Source: Thermoanaerobaculia bacterium (GTDB lineage Bacteria > Acidobacteriota > Thermoanaerobaculia > UBA5066). Taken from it: DNA of 64,000 bases. The notes under the pieces are model-generated. The model did no database searches and was not told where the DNA came from. It saw only the letters and a list, made by a program, of their open reading frames with translations. The DNA is taken from the NCBI GenBank assembly GCA_963719225.1, contig CAVRAY010000001.1, positions 3,456,001 through 3,520,000 on the forward strand, written 5' to 3'. Every line of letters starts with the position of its first letter. Within the stretch, counting starts at the first letter, position 1. Of the stretch, positions 50,969-60,498 are shown piece by piece. The position numbers were made by a program, and so were the translations under genes.

Positions 50969-52351
50969 TCAGGATCTCTTCGGGAAAGTCGCGACCGCGC
51001 GCGTCGGCTCGCCGGGCGACGAGGACAGCGTCAGCGTCCCGCCGTGCGCGCGCACGATCCGTTCGGCGATCGGAAGGCCGAGCCCGGTGCCCGCGGGCTT
51101 CGTGGACACGAAGAGTCTGAAGACATCGGCGGTCTTCGCGGGCGGGACGCCCGGGCCTCGGTCGGCGATCGTGAGCCGCCAGAAGCTTCCCGCGTCCTCG
51201 ACCCTCACTTCGACCTCGCGGGCCGCGGCGCCCTCCGCCTCCACGGCATCGAGCGCGTTCCCGACGAGGTTGAGGACCACCTGGCGTACGCGCCCTGGGT
51301 CCAGGAGCGCGGGCGCGCCTTCGGCATGGGGCAAGAACGTCAGGCGGATGTGGCGGCGGGAGGCTTCCGGCTCCAGGAACGACACCGCCTCGCGCGCCGT
51401 TTCATTCAGGTCGGCGGGAACGGGGCTCAGCGGCGACGGGCGCGCGTACGAGAGAAAGTCCGTGAGCAGCCGCGCGAGCCGGCTCGTCTCGACGCGGGCG
51501 GCCTGGGCAAGCTCCGCGGCCGAAGCCGCGTGCGAACCTTCGCGGCGGCCCGCGGCCGGATGCACGAGCTTCTCCTCGAGGAGCTCGAGGTTGAGGCCCA
51601 TCGCGTTCAGGGGATTCCGGATCTCGTGCGCGAGGCCCGCCGCCACCTCGCCGAGCTCGGCGCGCCGCTCGGCCTCGACGCGTGCCTCCTCGACGCGCCG
51701 CGTGCGTCGATAGAGGAGGATCACCGCCGCGGACGCCGCGAGAATCCCGAGGAACGAAACGACGGCCGCCGCGGCCGTCTTGAGGTAGAGCTCGCGGCGG
51801 AGCTTCTCGACGCGCTCGGCCAGGACGCGGCGCGAGACGCCGAAGCGCAGCACGGCGAAGTCGCCGACGGGCACCTCCATGTCGTAGGGATCGGTCTCGG
51901 GCGCCTCGAGACTGTAGCTGCGCGCGGTCGTGCCGGGTTCGGCGGGCTTCACGTCGAGGACCCTCGACCCCTCGGCGCCGACCTGGGCCTTGCGGTCGGG
52001 GACGGTGAGCGTGCCGCGATACGAATAGAGGACTTCCTTCTTCGCGCTGTCCAGGACCTCGACCTCCGTGAGGATCTGGCGCTCCGAGAGCCCGGTCGTG
52101 ACGAGCCGGTCGATCTCCGTCTGCTTCAGCTTCAGGACGAAAGGGTCTCCCGACGAGCGCTCCGCGATGCCGCGCGCGAGCCGCTCGGCGTCGAGCTTCG
52201 TGTGGAGGATCGCGTCGTTGACGACGTCCCTGGAAAGCGACTTGAAGAGGAGATGCCCGAAGAGCACCACGGCTCCCGCCGTCAGAAAGCCGAGGACCGC
52301 GAGGACGAGGGTCAGGGAGCGCCGGAAGGACCGGGCGTCGAGATCGGACAC
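50969..52351 (-). CDS. Membrane sensor histidine kinase
   Basis: Two TM segments, LAHEIRNPL H-box, NLVGNA, DRGPG, GTGLGL. Confidence 0.9.
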   Translation of the reverse strand: MSDLDARSFRRSLTLVLAVLGFLTAGAVVLFGHLLFKSLSRDVVNDAILHTKLDAERLARGIAERSSGDPFVLKLKQTEIDRLVTTGLSERQILTEVEVLDSAKKEVLYSYRGTLTVPDRKAQVGAEGSRVLDVKPAEPGTTARSYSLEAPETDPYDMEVPVGDFAVLRFGVSRRVLAERVEKLRRELYLKTAAAAVVSFLGILAASAAVILLYRRTRRVEEARVEAERRAELGEVAAGLAHEIRNPLNAMGLNLELLEEKLVHPAAGRREGSHAASAAELAQAARVETSRLARLLTDFLSYARPSPLSPVPADLNETAREAVSFLEPEASRRHIRLTFLPHAEGAPALLDPGRVRQVVLNLVGNALDAVEAEGAAAREVEVRVEDAGSFWRLTIADRGPGVPPAKTADVFRLFVSTKPAGTGLGLPIAERIVRAHGGTLTLSSSPGEPTRAVATFPKRS

Positions 52352-52392
52352 GACCGGAGTGTATCGGGACTCCGGTCGTGCCGATGCCGCGA

Positions 52393-53562
52393 CTACTGGA
52401 AGAAGCCGTTCACGTCCAGGATCACGTCCACCATTCCCGGCGCGGTGTTCTGGATCCGGATCGTGCCCGAGCCGTCCGTCGCGAGGCGGATCAGCGCATT
52501 GTTGGCGCGCGTCTGGAAGGCGCCGAAGCTGACCGTCGAGGCATTCGTGGGCATGCCGTCCCCCGGGTACGCCAGGAGCGTGCCCGCCGCGAAAGCGTTC
52601 GTCGCCGTCATGTTCACGGAGATCGAGGTGGCGTCCGCCGGGATGCCGCAGGTGCCGGCGACCGTGAACGTACGATCCAGGACGCCTGCCGGCGCGAGTG
52701 AGGGACCGCCGAGGGGCCCGACCGGCCCGCGCGTATCGATGAGGCGGCAGCCCGCCACCGTGTAGAAGAGCACGGCGCTTCCCGAAGGCGCGACCGTCAC
52801 GAGCGCGCTCCCGTGAGACGAGTAGCAGGCCGGCGGATTGGAGACGGTGACCCCGAGGTCGAGGACGCCCGGAGCCCCCGCGGTGAAGGTGATCTGTGAG
52901 GTGCCCTGGCCGGCGGTGATCGTCCCGTTCGCGATCGTCCACGTGATGACGGAGCCGAAGCCGAACAGCAGGCTCGCCGTACGGTTCGGCGAGAAGGCCC
53001 CTACGATCTCCGGCGCGACGATCAGGATCGGCGGGGGCGGCGGCGGGGGCAGGAAGAGGATGTTCACGCTCGCGCTCGCCGTGTTGTTGCTCGCGTCGGG
53101 GTCCATGGGAGAGGCTGCCGCGACGCTCGCCGTGTTCACGATCGTCCCGGGCGACGTCGAGCATTTGACGTCTGCATCGAGCGCGATGGTCGCCGTTGCG
53201 CCCGAAGCGAGGCTCGGGAACGAGATCGTGCGCGCGTTGCCCGCGCCGCCACAGACGCCTCCCCCCGAGGCCGAGCACGAGCTGAAGGCGACCTCGGGAG
53301 GGAGGTTGTCGGTCACGACGACGCTCGCCGCGTCGTCCGGGCCGAGGTTCGTGACCGTCAGCGAGAAGGAAATCGTGGAGCCGATGAACGCGTTCGCCGG
53401 CGCCGTCATGGTCAAGGCGAGGTCGGCCGAGGGAAGCGTCGGAGGGGAGGCGGCAATGGCCGCGGGTTCGCCGAGCCACCCGAAAAGGTCAGCGAAGAGG
53501 ATGGCCGATAGGACGAAGAGGAACCTGTGCGCCCCCGCCCGGAGTTCCGGAGAAGTCGGCAT
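52393..53562 (-). CDS. Secreted DUF11-like domain protein with PKD-like and conserved C-terminal CR..DTR..DVNGFFQ domain
   Basis: GGAGG RBS; ADLALT..TVTNLGPDDA..VVTDNLP..DPDASNNTA; poly-Pro linker; NGTITAGQGT. Confidence 0.85.
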   Translation of the reverse strand: MPTSPELRAGAHRFLFVLSAILFADLFGWLGEPAAIAASPPTLPSADLALTMTAPANAFIGSTISFSLTVTNLGPDDAASVVVTDNLPPEVAFSSCSASGGGVCGGAGNARTISFPSLASGATATIALDADVKCSTSPGTIVNTASVAAASPMDPDASNNTASASVNILFLPPPPPPPILIVAPEIVGAFSPNRTASLLFGFGSVITWTIANGTITAGQGTSQITFTAGAPGVLDLGVTVSNPPACYSSHGSALVTVAPSGSAVLFYTVAGCRLIDTRGPVGPLGGPSLAPAGVLDRTFTVAGTCGIPADATSISVNMTATNAFAAGTLLAYPGDGMPTNASTVSFGAFQTRANNALIRLATDGSGTIRIQNTAPGMVDVILDVNGFFQ

Positions 53563-53615
53563 GGGACCTCCGGAATGTAATGTCCGGTTTTTCGCCGACC
53601 TAACAGACTGTCGGG

Positions 53616-55532
53616 TCAGTCTCCCCGCTTCAAGTACCGGAAGTCTTTTATGTCGTACTCCTTCATCTTCGCGATGAGGCTGCCCCGCGAGATGTTCAGG
53701 AGGCGCGCGCCGAGAGACTGGTTTCCACGCACCTTGCGCATGACGCGCTCGATGACCTGCCGCTCCACTTTTTCGACGATCTCCTTGAGATCGTCGCTCT
53801 CCTTGAGCGCGAGCTCGACGTGCTCGCCCGAGAACTTCTGGTCGAGATCGGCGAGCGTGATGGCGCCGGCCCCGACCTGCGCGGCGAGGCGGCGCACCTC
53901 GTTCTCGAGCTCGCGCACGTTGCCGGGGTACTGGTAGTTGAGGAGCGCGTTCATGGCCTCGACGTCGAAGCGCTCCGCCGCCGGGCCGGCGTGACGCGCC
54001 GCGAGCGCATCGAGAAGGGCCGGAATGTCTTCCTTTCGATCCTTGAGCGGCGGCAGCCGAAGCGTGAGCGCCGAAAGTCGGAAGTAGAGGTCGTCGCGGA
54101 AGGCGCCGTCCTCGACGGCGCGCGTGAGAGGCCGCGAGGTCGTCCCGATGACGCGCACGTCGACGGGCACCGTCCGCCCGCCCGGCGCCGTGACCTCGCG
54201 GGCCTCGAGCAGGCGGAAGAGCAGCGCCTGCGTCGGAGAGGGAAGGTCGCCCACCTCTTCGACGAGGAGAGTCCCTCCGTCGGCCTCGAAGAGCCGGCCC
54301 ACTCTCCTTCGGCGGTCACCCGCGGCCGGTGCACCGAGGAGGTCCTCCTCGAGAGCCTGGGGGCTCGCGGCCGTCGCCGAGACCCGCACGAGCGGACGGG
54401 AGCGCCGGGGCGAGAGCGCGTGGAGCGTCTCGGCCACGAGCGTCTTTCCGCTGCCGACGTCCCCGACGAGGAGAATCGGCGCGCGCGCCGCCGCGACCCG
54501 TGTCAAGGAAGCCTTGAGATTCGAGAGAGCCAGGGATCCTCCGACGAGCAGCCCGAGCGGATCCTCGAGCTGGACGGCGAGAGGAGAGGGCGTCGGCGAG
54601 GCGCCGCGCTCGCCGAAGGCCGCCTCGCTGCGCTCGCCGTGCACGAACCCGACGGCGGCCGCAGCGTGCGCGACGAAGTCGAGGAGCGCCGGATCGGAGA
54701 CCGTCTCGGCGGGAACGAGGAGGAGCCCGACGCTCTCCCCCGTGGGCCGCGGGACGGGGAAAACGCGCAGGCGGGCGCCGGCCTCGGAGACCTCCCAGGG
54801 CGCGGTTTTCTCGCGTGCCTCGGCGAGGCTTCGGGCCGAGAGACGGGGAAGAGTCCCCTTCCAGAGCGCCGCGATCGCCTCGCCCTCGTTCGGAGGGAGC
54901 AGGGACACGAACGCGAGGCTGTGCACGGGCGTCACCGACGCGACGTAAGCCGTGACCTCCTGAAGCAGCTCTTCGAACGGAACCGGCCGGTGAAGACGCT
55001 TGAAGAGTCCCGGCCAGGGATCCCTCGTGGGCCCTTCGTCCTCCCGGCGTACCGGCTCGATCGGAGCCGGGGCGAGACGCCCGGCGCCGACCGGGGCCGG
55101 CCGCGTCGCGACCGCGGCCGGAGCGTTTGCCGGAGAGAGAGCGGGAGCCGGGGCGAGAGGCGAGAGCGCGGCCGTCGCGAGCGAAAGCGCGTCGCGTCCG
55201 CGAGGCGGAGGTGCCGCGATCCGGTTCGGATTCGGAGCCGGGCCGTTCAGGAGCGTGATCGTGGCCTCCCCGATCGAGATCCGGTCCCCCGCGGCCAGGG
55301 CCGCGGTCTTGACGATCGAGCCGTTCAAGGTCACGTCGGAGCCGGGGGCGCTCCCGAGCACCTCGAGGCGCAGCTCCTCTCCGGCCACGGAAATTCGGGC
55401 GTGCCGGCCGAGTACGCCGCGGGCGCGCACAACGAGATCATTGCCCGTCGAAGCGCCAATGTGAATGACATCCCGATGGACCTTGCGAACTTCCGATTCG
55501 CCGCCCGTTTTGCGGACTTCAAAGCTCAACAT
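53616..55532 (-). CDS. FHA-like + AAA+ (sigma54-activator-like, lacking GAFTGA) + Fis-HTH regulator
   Basis: IHIG..NDLVV..GVLGRHARI (FHA-like), GDVGSGKT, FRDDLYFRL, YPGNVRELEN, GNQS..ARLLNISR. Confidence 0.85.
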   Translation of the reverse strand: MLSFEVRKTGGESEVRKVHRDVIHIGASTGNDLVVRARGVLGRHARISVAGEELRLEVLGSAPGSDVTLNGSIVKTAALAAGDRISIGEATITLLNGPAPNPNRIAAPPPRGRDALSLATAALSPLAPAPALSPANAPAAVATRPAPVGAGRLAPAPIEPVRREDEGPTRDPWPGLFKRLHRPVPFEELLQEVTAYVASVTPVHSLAFVSLLPPNEGEAIAALWKGTLPRLSARSLAEAREKTAPWEVSEAGARLRVFPVPRPTGESVGLLLVPAETVSDPALLDFVAHAAAAVGFVHGERSEAAFGERGASPTPSPLAVQLEDPLGLLVGGSLALSNLKASLTRVAAARAPILLVGDVGSGKTLVAETLHALSPRRSRPLVRVSATAASPQALEEDLLGAPAAGDRRRRVGRLFEADGGTLLVEEVGDLPSPTQALLFRLLEAREVTAPGGRTVPVDVRVIGTTSRPLTRAVEDGAFRDDLYFRLSALTLRLPPLKDRKEDIPALLDALAARHAGPAAERFDVEAMNALLNYQYPGNVRELENEVRRLAAQVGAGAITLADLDQKFSGEHVELALKESDDLKEIVEKVERQVIERVMRKVRGNQSLGARLLNISRGSLIAKMKEYDIKDFRYLKRGD

Positions 55533-55688
55533 GGAACGGATCCTCCGCCACTGGGAGACAGTTTCCTGTACAGACACCAGCCTATCACGGCTTGGGGGCT
55601 GTCCGCGCCTCGTCAACACAAATTGAACGAACGAGAGGGTCGGCCCGCAAGGCGCTTAGAATTCCAGGCGGAGGGCTGAGCGCCGCAC

Positions 55689-56675
55689 ATGCCTGTTTCA
55701 CCGCTCGATGGCCCGCCCTTCCGCGGCCGCCACGTCGCCTCGCTGACCCGGATCGTCGACACCGTCCGCTCGGTCCTCGACCCGGACTCGGTCGAGCTGG
55801 AATACCTGTTCGAGCCCTCCGGCCAGCGCTTCCGCTGGCGGGCCCGGCGCAGCCGCGTCTTCACCGCCGGGACGGTCCGCGTGGCCACCCGGCACGCGGC
55901 GACGGCGGAGTCCCTCGCCATCGAGTTCCATCTGACCGGCCTCCTTCGCGGGACCTTCACGCTGCATCGGCGGCCCCGCAGGCCGTGGACGCAGCCCGAG
56001 GTGTTGCGCTTCGAGGTCTTCCGGCCGCTGCTCGCCCAGCTTCTCGAGAGCGCGGCGGCCGCCGACATCCACGCGGCGGCCCGTCGGCGGCTGGAGAGCG
56101 CGGCCGAAGCCGCGTCCACGCCGATCCTTCTCGTCGGGCCGTCCGGCTCGGTCCTCTACGCGAACCGCGCCGCGGCGGCCTTCCTTTCCGCGCGGATCCC
56201 GCTCGTCGTCATTCCGGGCGACGGCCGCGAGACCTCGCTCGCGACCTGGATCGCGCGGCTCGGGGCCGGCGCAGCCGCGGGCGAAAAGAGATGCGCCGTT
56301 CTCGCGGATGGACGCGCGCTCGAAGCTTCCGTCGCGCGCTTCGCCGACGAGGAGGAGGACGACGTCGCCGTCCTCACGCTGAAGGTCCAGTCGGCTTTTT
56401 CCCTCGAGGACGTGCGCGAGCGGCTCGCGACGCGGGGCGTTTCCGGCCGCGAAGCCGACGTCGTGGGCGCCGTCCTCGAAGGACTCCGCAATGCGGAGAT
56501 CGCGCGCCGGCTCTTCATCACGGAGTGGACCGTCAAGGATCACCTCAAACACGTCTTTTCGAAGCTCGGCGTTGGCTCGCGCTCGGGCCTCCTGAAGGCG
56601 CTCGACGCGGCTCCCCGATCCGACGCAAAACCCCAGCCGGTTGAGTCTCAGGGTCGGCGGCACCTCAAAATGTAG
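55689..56675 (+). CDS. LuxR-family regulator with PAS-like middle domain
   Basis: ILLVGPSGSVLYANRAA; C-terminal SGREADV..GLRNAEIARRLFITEWTVKDHLKHVFSKLGV. Confidence 0.8.
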   Translation: MPVSPLDGPPFRGRHVASLTRIVDTVRSVLDPDSVELEYLFEPSGQRFRWRARRSRVFTAGTVRVATRHAATAESLAIEFHLTGLLRGTFTLHRRPRRPWTQPEVLRFEVFRPLLAQLLESAAAADIHAAARRRLESAAEAASTPILLVGPSGSVLYANRAAAAFLSARIPLVVIPGDGRETSLATWIARLGAGAAAGEKRCAVLADGRALEASVARFADEEEDDVAVLTLKVQSAFSLEDVRERLATRGVSGREADVVGAVLEGLRNAEIARRLFITEWTVKDHLKHVFSKLGVGSRSGLLKALDAAPRSDAKPQPVESQGRRHLKM

Positions 56676-56694
56676 TGGTAGGCTCTCTGCGCTG

Positions 56695-59600
56695 ATGTTC
56701 CGACTGAAGAGACTCGAGATCCAGGGTTTCAAATCCTTCGTGGACCGGACCTCCGTCACGCTTCCGTCGCGCATCACGGCGATCGTCGGCCCGAACGGCT
56801 CCGGCAAGTCCAACATCTGCGACGCCGTGCAGTGGGTGCTCGGCGAGCAGTCGGCCAAGAGCCTGCGCGGGACGACGATGGAGGACGTCATCTTCAACGG
56901 GGCCGCGCGCCGGCGGCCGCTCGGGATGGCGGAGGTCGCCCTCACGCTCGAGTCGCGCGGCGGCGACCAGTGGGCCGAGACGGGCGGCGAGGTCGTCATC
57001 ACGCGGCGCGTCACGCGCGACGGCGAGAGCGACTACATCCTCAACGGAAAGAGGTCGCGCCTCAAGGACGTCCAGGAGATCCTCCTCGGCACCGGCCTCG
57101 GCGTGCGCGCGTACTCGATCATCGAGCAGCAGAAGATCGACCTGATCCTCTCGACGAAGCCGCAGGATCGCCGCCGCCTCATCGAGGAGGCCGCCGGCGT
57201 CTCGAAATACAAGATCCGCAAGCGTCAGGCCGAGGTGAAGCTCGAGGAGACGCGCGGGAACGTCCTGCGTCTCACCGACATCGTGTCGGAGATCGACCGC
57301 ACGTGCGCTTCGCTGAAGCGGCAGGCCTCGCGCGCCGCGCGCTGGAGAGAGCAGGCCGAGCTCCTCTCGGGGCAGAAGAAGAAGCTCGCGCGTCTGCGCG
57401 CCGACCGCCTGGGGGCGGGCTTCGCGGGCGGTCGGGCGGCCCTCGAGAGCGCGACGGACGCCGAGGCCGCGGCGCTTGCGGACCTCGCCCGCCTCGAAGC
57501 GGAGGTCGTGGAAGCGCGCCGCCTCGCCGACGAGGACGAACGTTCCATGCGCGAGGCGGGAGACGCGCTCTCCCGCGCGAGAGAGACTCTCCTCGCCGCC
57601 GAGGCCGCCGTCCAGGCCGCCGCCCGCGAGGCCGAGGAGGCCGCCGCGCGAAAAGAGCTCCTGGAGGCGCAGCGCCGGGAGTCCGAATCCGATCACAGCC
57701 GCTTCGTCGAGGAGGCCGGCCGCACGGTGAAGGCCCGGGACGAGGCGGAGTCGGCTCTCTCGGAGGCCGCCGCAGCCGCCGCCGCGGCCGCCCAGGCGCT
57801 GGCCGAAGTCTCGGCCCGCGAGGCCGACGTCACGGCGCGACGCGAGACTTCGCGACGCGACCTCCTCTCCGCGGGGGCTCGGGCGGCCGAGGCGACGAAC
57901 CGGGAGCGCGACGCCGCCCTCCTCGTCGACCGCCTCGGTTTCGCGCTCGCGAAGCTCGAGGAGAGAAAGGTGCGGGCGGAATCGCTGGTGGACGAGCGGC
58001 GGACGGCCTCCGCCGAGGCCGGAGCGCTTCTGGCCTCGGCTTCTTCCGGTCTCGACGCGGCGCGCCAGAATCTCGAAAAAGCGAGCCACGGCCGCCGCGC
58101 CGCCGAGGACCGCCTCACGACCCTCAAGGCCGTCCGCGAGGCCCACGTCGCCGCCCTCCATGCGGTGGACGTGCGCGCCGCCGCCCTCGAGACCACCCTT
58201 GCCGCACGCGAAGGCGGAGGCGAGTCCGCGCGCCGCGCGCTCGAGGCGGCGAACGTCGCGCCGAAGGGCGTCCTCGCAGACCACTTCGACGCGGCGGCCG
58301 GTTTCGAAAAAGCCCTGGACGCCGCTCTCGGGGCCGCTCTCGAGGCGCCGGTCCTCGAGACGCGCTCCGCTCTCGACGCCGCGCTCGCCTCCGTGCGCGA
58401 GAAAAAGCTCGGCGCGGCGCGCTTCGTCCACCCTCTGCCCGAGACGCCGTTTCCGCTGAAGCCGAAGGACCCCCGAGTCCTCGCGATCGCGCGCGAGCTC
58501 CTCACCGCGAAGTCGGCGTCGGCGCCGGCTTCCGCCCTGCCCGACGCGGTCGTCGTCGCGAACGTGGACGACGCTCTCGCGCTCGCGGCGCTCCATCCCG
58601 AACGCACGCTCGTGACGAAGGACGGTGTCGTCGTGCGGGGCGCGGTGGTCGAGGCCGCCGGCACCGAAGTTCCCGGAGAGGGTCTCTTCACGGTCCGGCG
58701 CGATCTCGTGAATCTCGCCGCGGAACGGAAAGGCGTCGCGGCGAATTTGGCGGAGGCGGATGCCGAGATCGCCTCCCTGTCCGCACAGGTCGGAACTTTC
58801 GCGGCGACGCTCGACGCCGCGCTCGCCGCCAAAGGGGCCGCCGAGCGCGCGCATTCCGAAGCCGAGGCGAGGAGCGCGGCCGCTCGCACCGAGGAAGAGC
58901 GCGCCGTCGAGGAGCTGCGGGTCCTCGCGGAGGAGGGCGACGCTCTTCGCCAGGATCTCGCGAAGGCTGCCGAAAGCCGGACGGAGGCGGCGCGCCTCGC
59001 GGCCCAGCGGCAATCCGAGATGGCGACCGTGGAACGCACGCTCTCGGAGCTGGAGGCGGCGCTCGATGCCGCGCGCTCTCTGCGCCTCACGGCTGCGGAG
59101 GCCGACGCCGTCGCGCGCAACGGACGCGACATCCTCGTCGAGCGCTCCCGGTCCCTCGCCGCCGCCTCCACGTCGGCCGAGGAGCGCGCCCGCGACGCGG
59201 CGCGCCGTGTCGCGGACCTGGCGGACGCCCTCGTCGAGATCGAGGCTCGGCGCGCCGGGGCTCTCGCCTCCGGAGAGGCAGCGAAGGCGGCGCAGGGCGC
59301 GGCCGCGACCGCCGCCGCCGAGGCCGACCGGCTGCGCGCCGGAACGGACGAGGCGGCGACGACACGGCGCGAGGCGCGCGCCGACGCCGAGGCGCGGGCG
59401 GCCGGCCAGCGCGAGGCCCTCGACGCCGTGCGGCGGACGCGCTTCGAGGCCGAGATCGCCCTCGAGCGCCACAAGGCCGACCAGGACCACCTCGTCGAGA
59501 CGTGCCGGACCGAGTTCGGCTGCCTTCCCGGCGAGCTGCCGGCCTTCGAGATGACCGACGAGGAGGCCGCTCTCCCGTCCGAGGAGCTCGAAGCCGCGCT

Positions 59601-60234
59601 CTCCGAGGACGTCGTCTCCCGTTCCCTGGCCCTCGAGCGGCTCGGCCCCGTCAACCACGCGGCTCTCAAGGAGTACGAAGTCGAGAGCAAAAGGCTCCAG
59701 GAGCTCTCGGCGCAGAAGGCCGATCTCGACGCGTCGCTCGCGCAGATCCTCGAGACGATCCGGACGATCAACACGACCTCGTCCGAGCGCTTCCAGGAAG
59801 CGTTCGCGGCCATCAACTTCAGCTTCGGCCAGGTCTTCCAGCGCCTCTTCCACGGCGGCACCGCCTCGATGCATCTGCTCGACGAGGGGGACCCGCTGGA
59901 TTCCGGCCTCGAGATCATGGCGCAGCCGCCCGGCAAGCGGAACCAGACGATCGGGCTCCTCTCGGGCGGCGAGAAGGCGCTCACGGCCATCGCGCTCCTC
60001 GTCGCGATCTTCAAGTACAAGCCGTCGCCGTTCTGCATCCTCGACGAGGTCGACGCCCCGCTCGACGAGGCGAACATCGACCGCTTCACGTCGCTCCTCG
60101 TGGAGCTCTCCGAGGAGACGCAGTTCGTCCTCATCACGCACAACAAGAGGACGATGGAAACCGCGCAGGCGCTCTACGGCGTCACGCAGGAGGAGCCGGG
60201 GGTATCGAAGCTCGTCAGCGTGAGATTCGACTGA
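56695..60234 (+). CDS. smc: Chromosome segregation protein SMC
   Basis: GFKSF, GPNGSGKSN, coiled coils with hinge, LSGGEK, LDEVDAPLD, ITH. Confidence 0.97.
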   Translation: MFRLKRLEIQGFKSFVDRTSVTLPSRITAIVGPNGSGKSNICDAVQWVLGEQSAKSLRGTTMEDVIFNGAARRRPLGMAEVALTLESRGGDQWAETGGEVVITRRVTRDGESDYILNGKRSRLKDVQEILLGTGLGVRAYSIIEQQKIDLILSTKPQDRRRLIEEAAGVSKYKIRKRQAEVKLEETRGNVLRLTDIVSEIDRTCASLKRQASRAARWREQAELLSGQKKKLARLRADRLGAGFAGGRAALESATDAEAAALADLARLEAEVVEARRLADEDERSMREAGDALSRARETLLAAEAAVQAAAREAEEAAARKELLEAQRRESESDHSRFVEEAGRTVKARDEAESALSEAAAAAAAAAQALAEVSAREADVTARRETSRRDLLSAGARAAEATNRERDAALLVDRLGFALAKLEERKVRAESLVDERRTASAEAGALLASASSGLDAARQNLEKASHGRRAAEDRLTTLKAVREAHVAALHAVDVRAAALETTLAAREGGGESARRALEAANVAPKGVLADHFDAAAGFEKALDAALGAALEAPVLETRSALDAALASVREKKLGAARFVHPLPETPFPLKPKDPRVLAIARELLTAKSASAPASALPDAVVVANVDDALALAALHPERTLVTKDGVVVRGAVVEAAGTEVPGEGLFTVRRDLVNLAAERKGVAANLAEADAEIASLSAQVGTFAATLDAALAAKGAAERAHSEAEARSAAARTEEERAVEELRVLAEEGDALRQDLAKAAESRTEAARLAAQRQSEMATVERTLSELEAALDAARSLRLTAAEADAVARNGRDILVERSRSLAAASTSAEERARDAARRVADLADALVEIEARRAGALASGEAAKAAQGAAATAAAEADRLRAGTDEAATTRREARADAEARAAGQREALDAVRRTRFEAEIALERHKADQDHLVETCRTEFGCLPGELPAFEMTDEEAALPSEELEAALSEDVVSRSLALERLGPVNHAALKEYEVESKRLQELSAQKADLDASLAQILETIRTINTTSSERFQEAFAAINFSFGQVFQRLFHGGTASMHLLDEGDPLDSGLEIMAQPPGKRNQTIGLLSGGEKALTAIALLVAIFKYKPSPFCILDEVDAPLDEANIDRFTSLLVELSEETQFVLITHNKRTMETAQALYGVTQEEPGVSKLVSVRFD

Positions 60235-60286
60235 CGCCGAGCGCCCACAAGGGTTCTCCTCGTTGTCGCGGTGGTAACGTGTCACC

Positions 60287-60481
60287 GTGAAGGTCGTCCC
60301 ACTCGCCCGCGTGCCGAAGGACCAGCGCTGGTTCTATCACCCTGAGATGCAGGCTCGGATTGCTCAGGCTGAACGGAATTTCGCCGAAGGACGTTCGACG
60401 ACAACGAAGACCCTTGAAGAAGCCCGCGCTTTTCTCGATCGCCTCAAGAAGCGACGGGCGGGCGGCAGCAACCTTCGCTGA
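60287..60481 (+). CDS. Short protein resembling the C-terminal half of AbrB/MazE-type antitoxins (possible remnant)
   Basis: VPKDQRWFYHPEMQARIAQAERNFAEGR resembles the DQAWFW..WQ..EA..D..AGR pattern; an in-frame stop lies just upstream (60275). Confidence 0.5.
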   Translation: MKVVPLARVPKDQRWFYHPEMQARIAQAERNFAEGRSTTTKTLEEARAFLDRLKKRRAGGSNLR

Positions 60482-60498
60482 CGGCGACTCGGCTCGGG

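Noticed and set aside
56665-60290. Very long alternative-frame and antisense ORFs over smc (likewise over ppk1, ligA, GMC, M1, bEBP)
   Set aside because: Stop-poor shadow frames typical of high-GC coding DNA; Arg/Gly/Pro-rich with no motifs.
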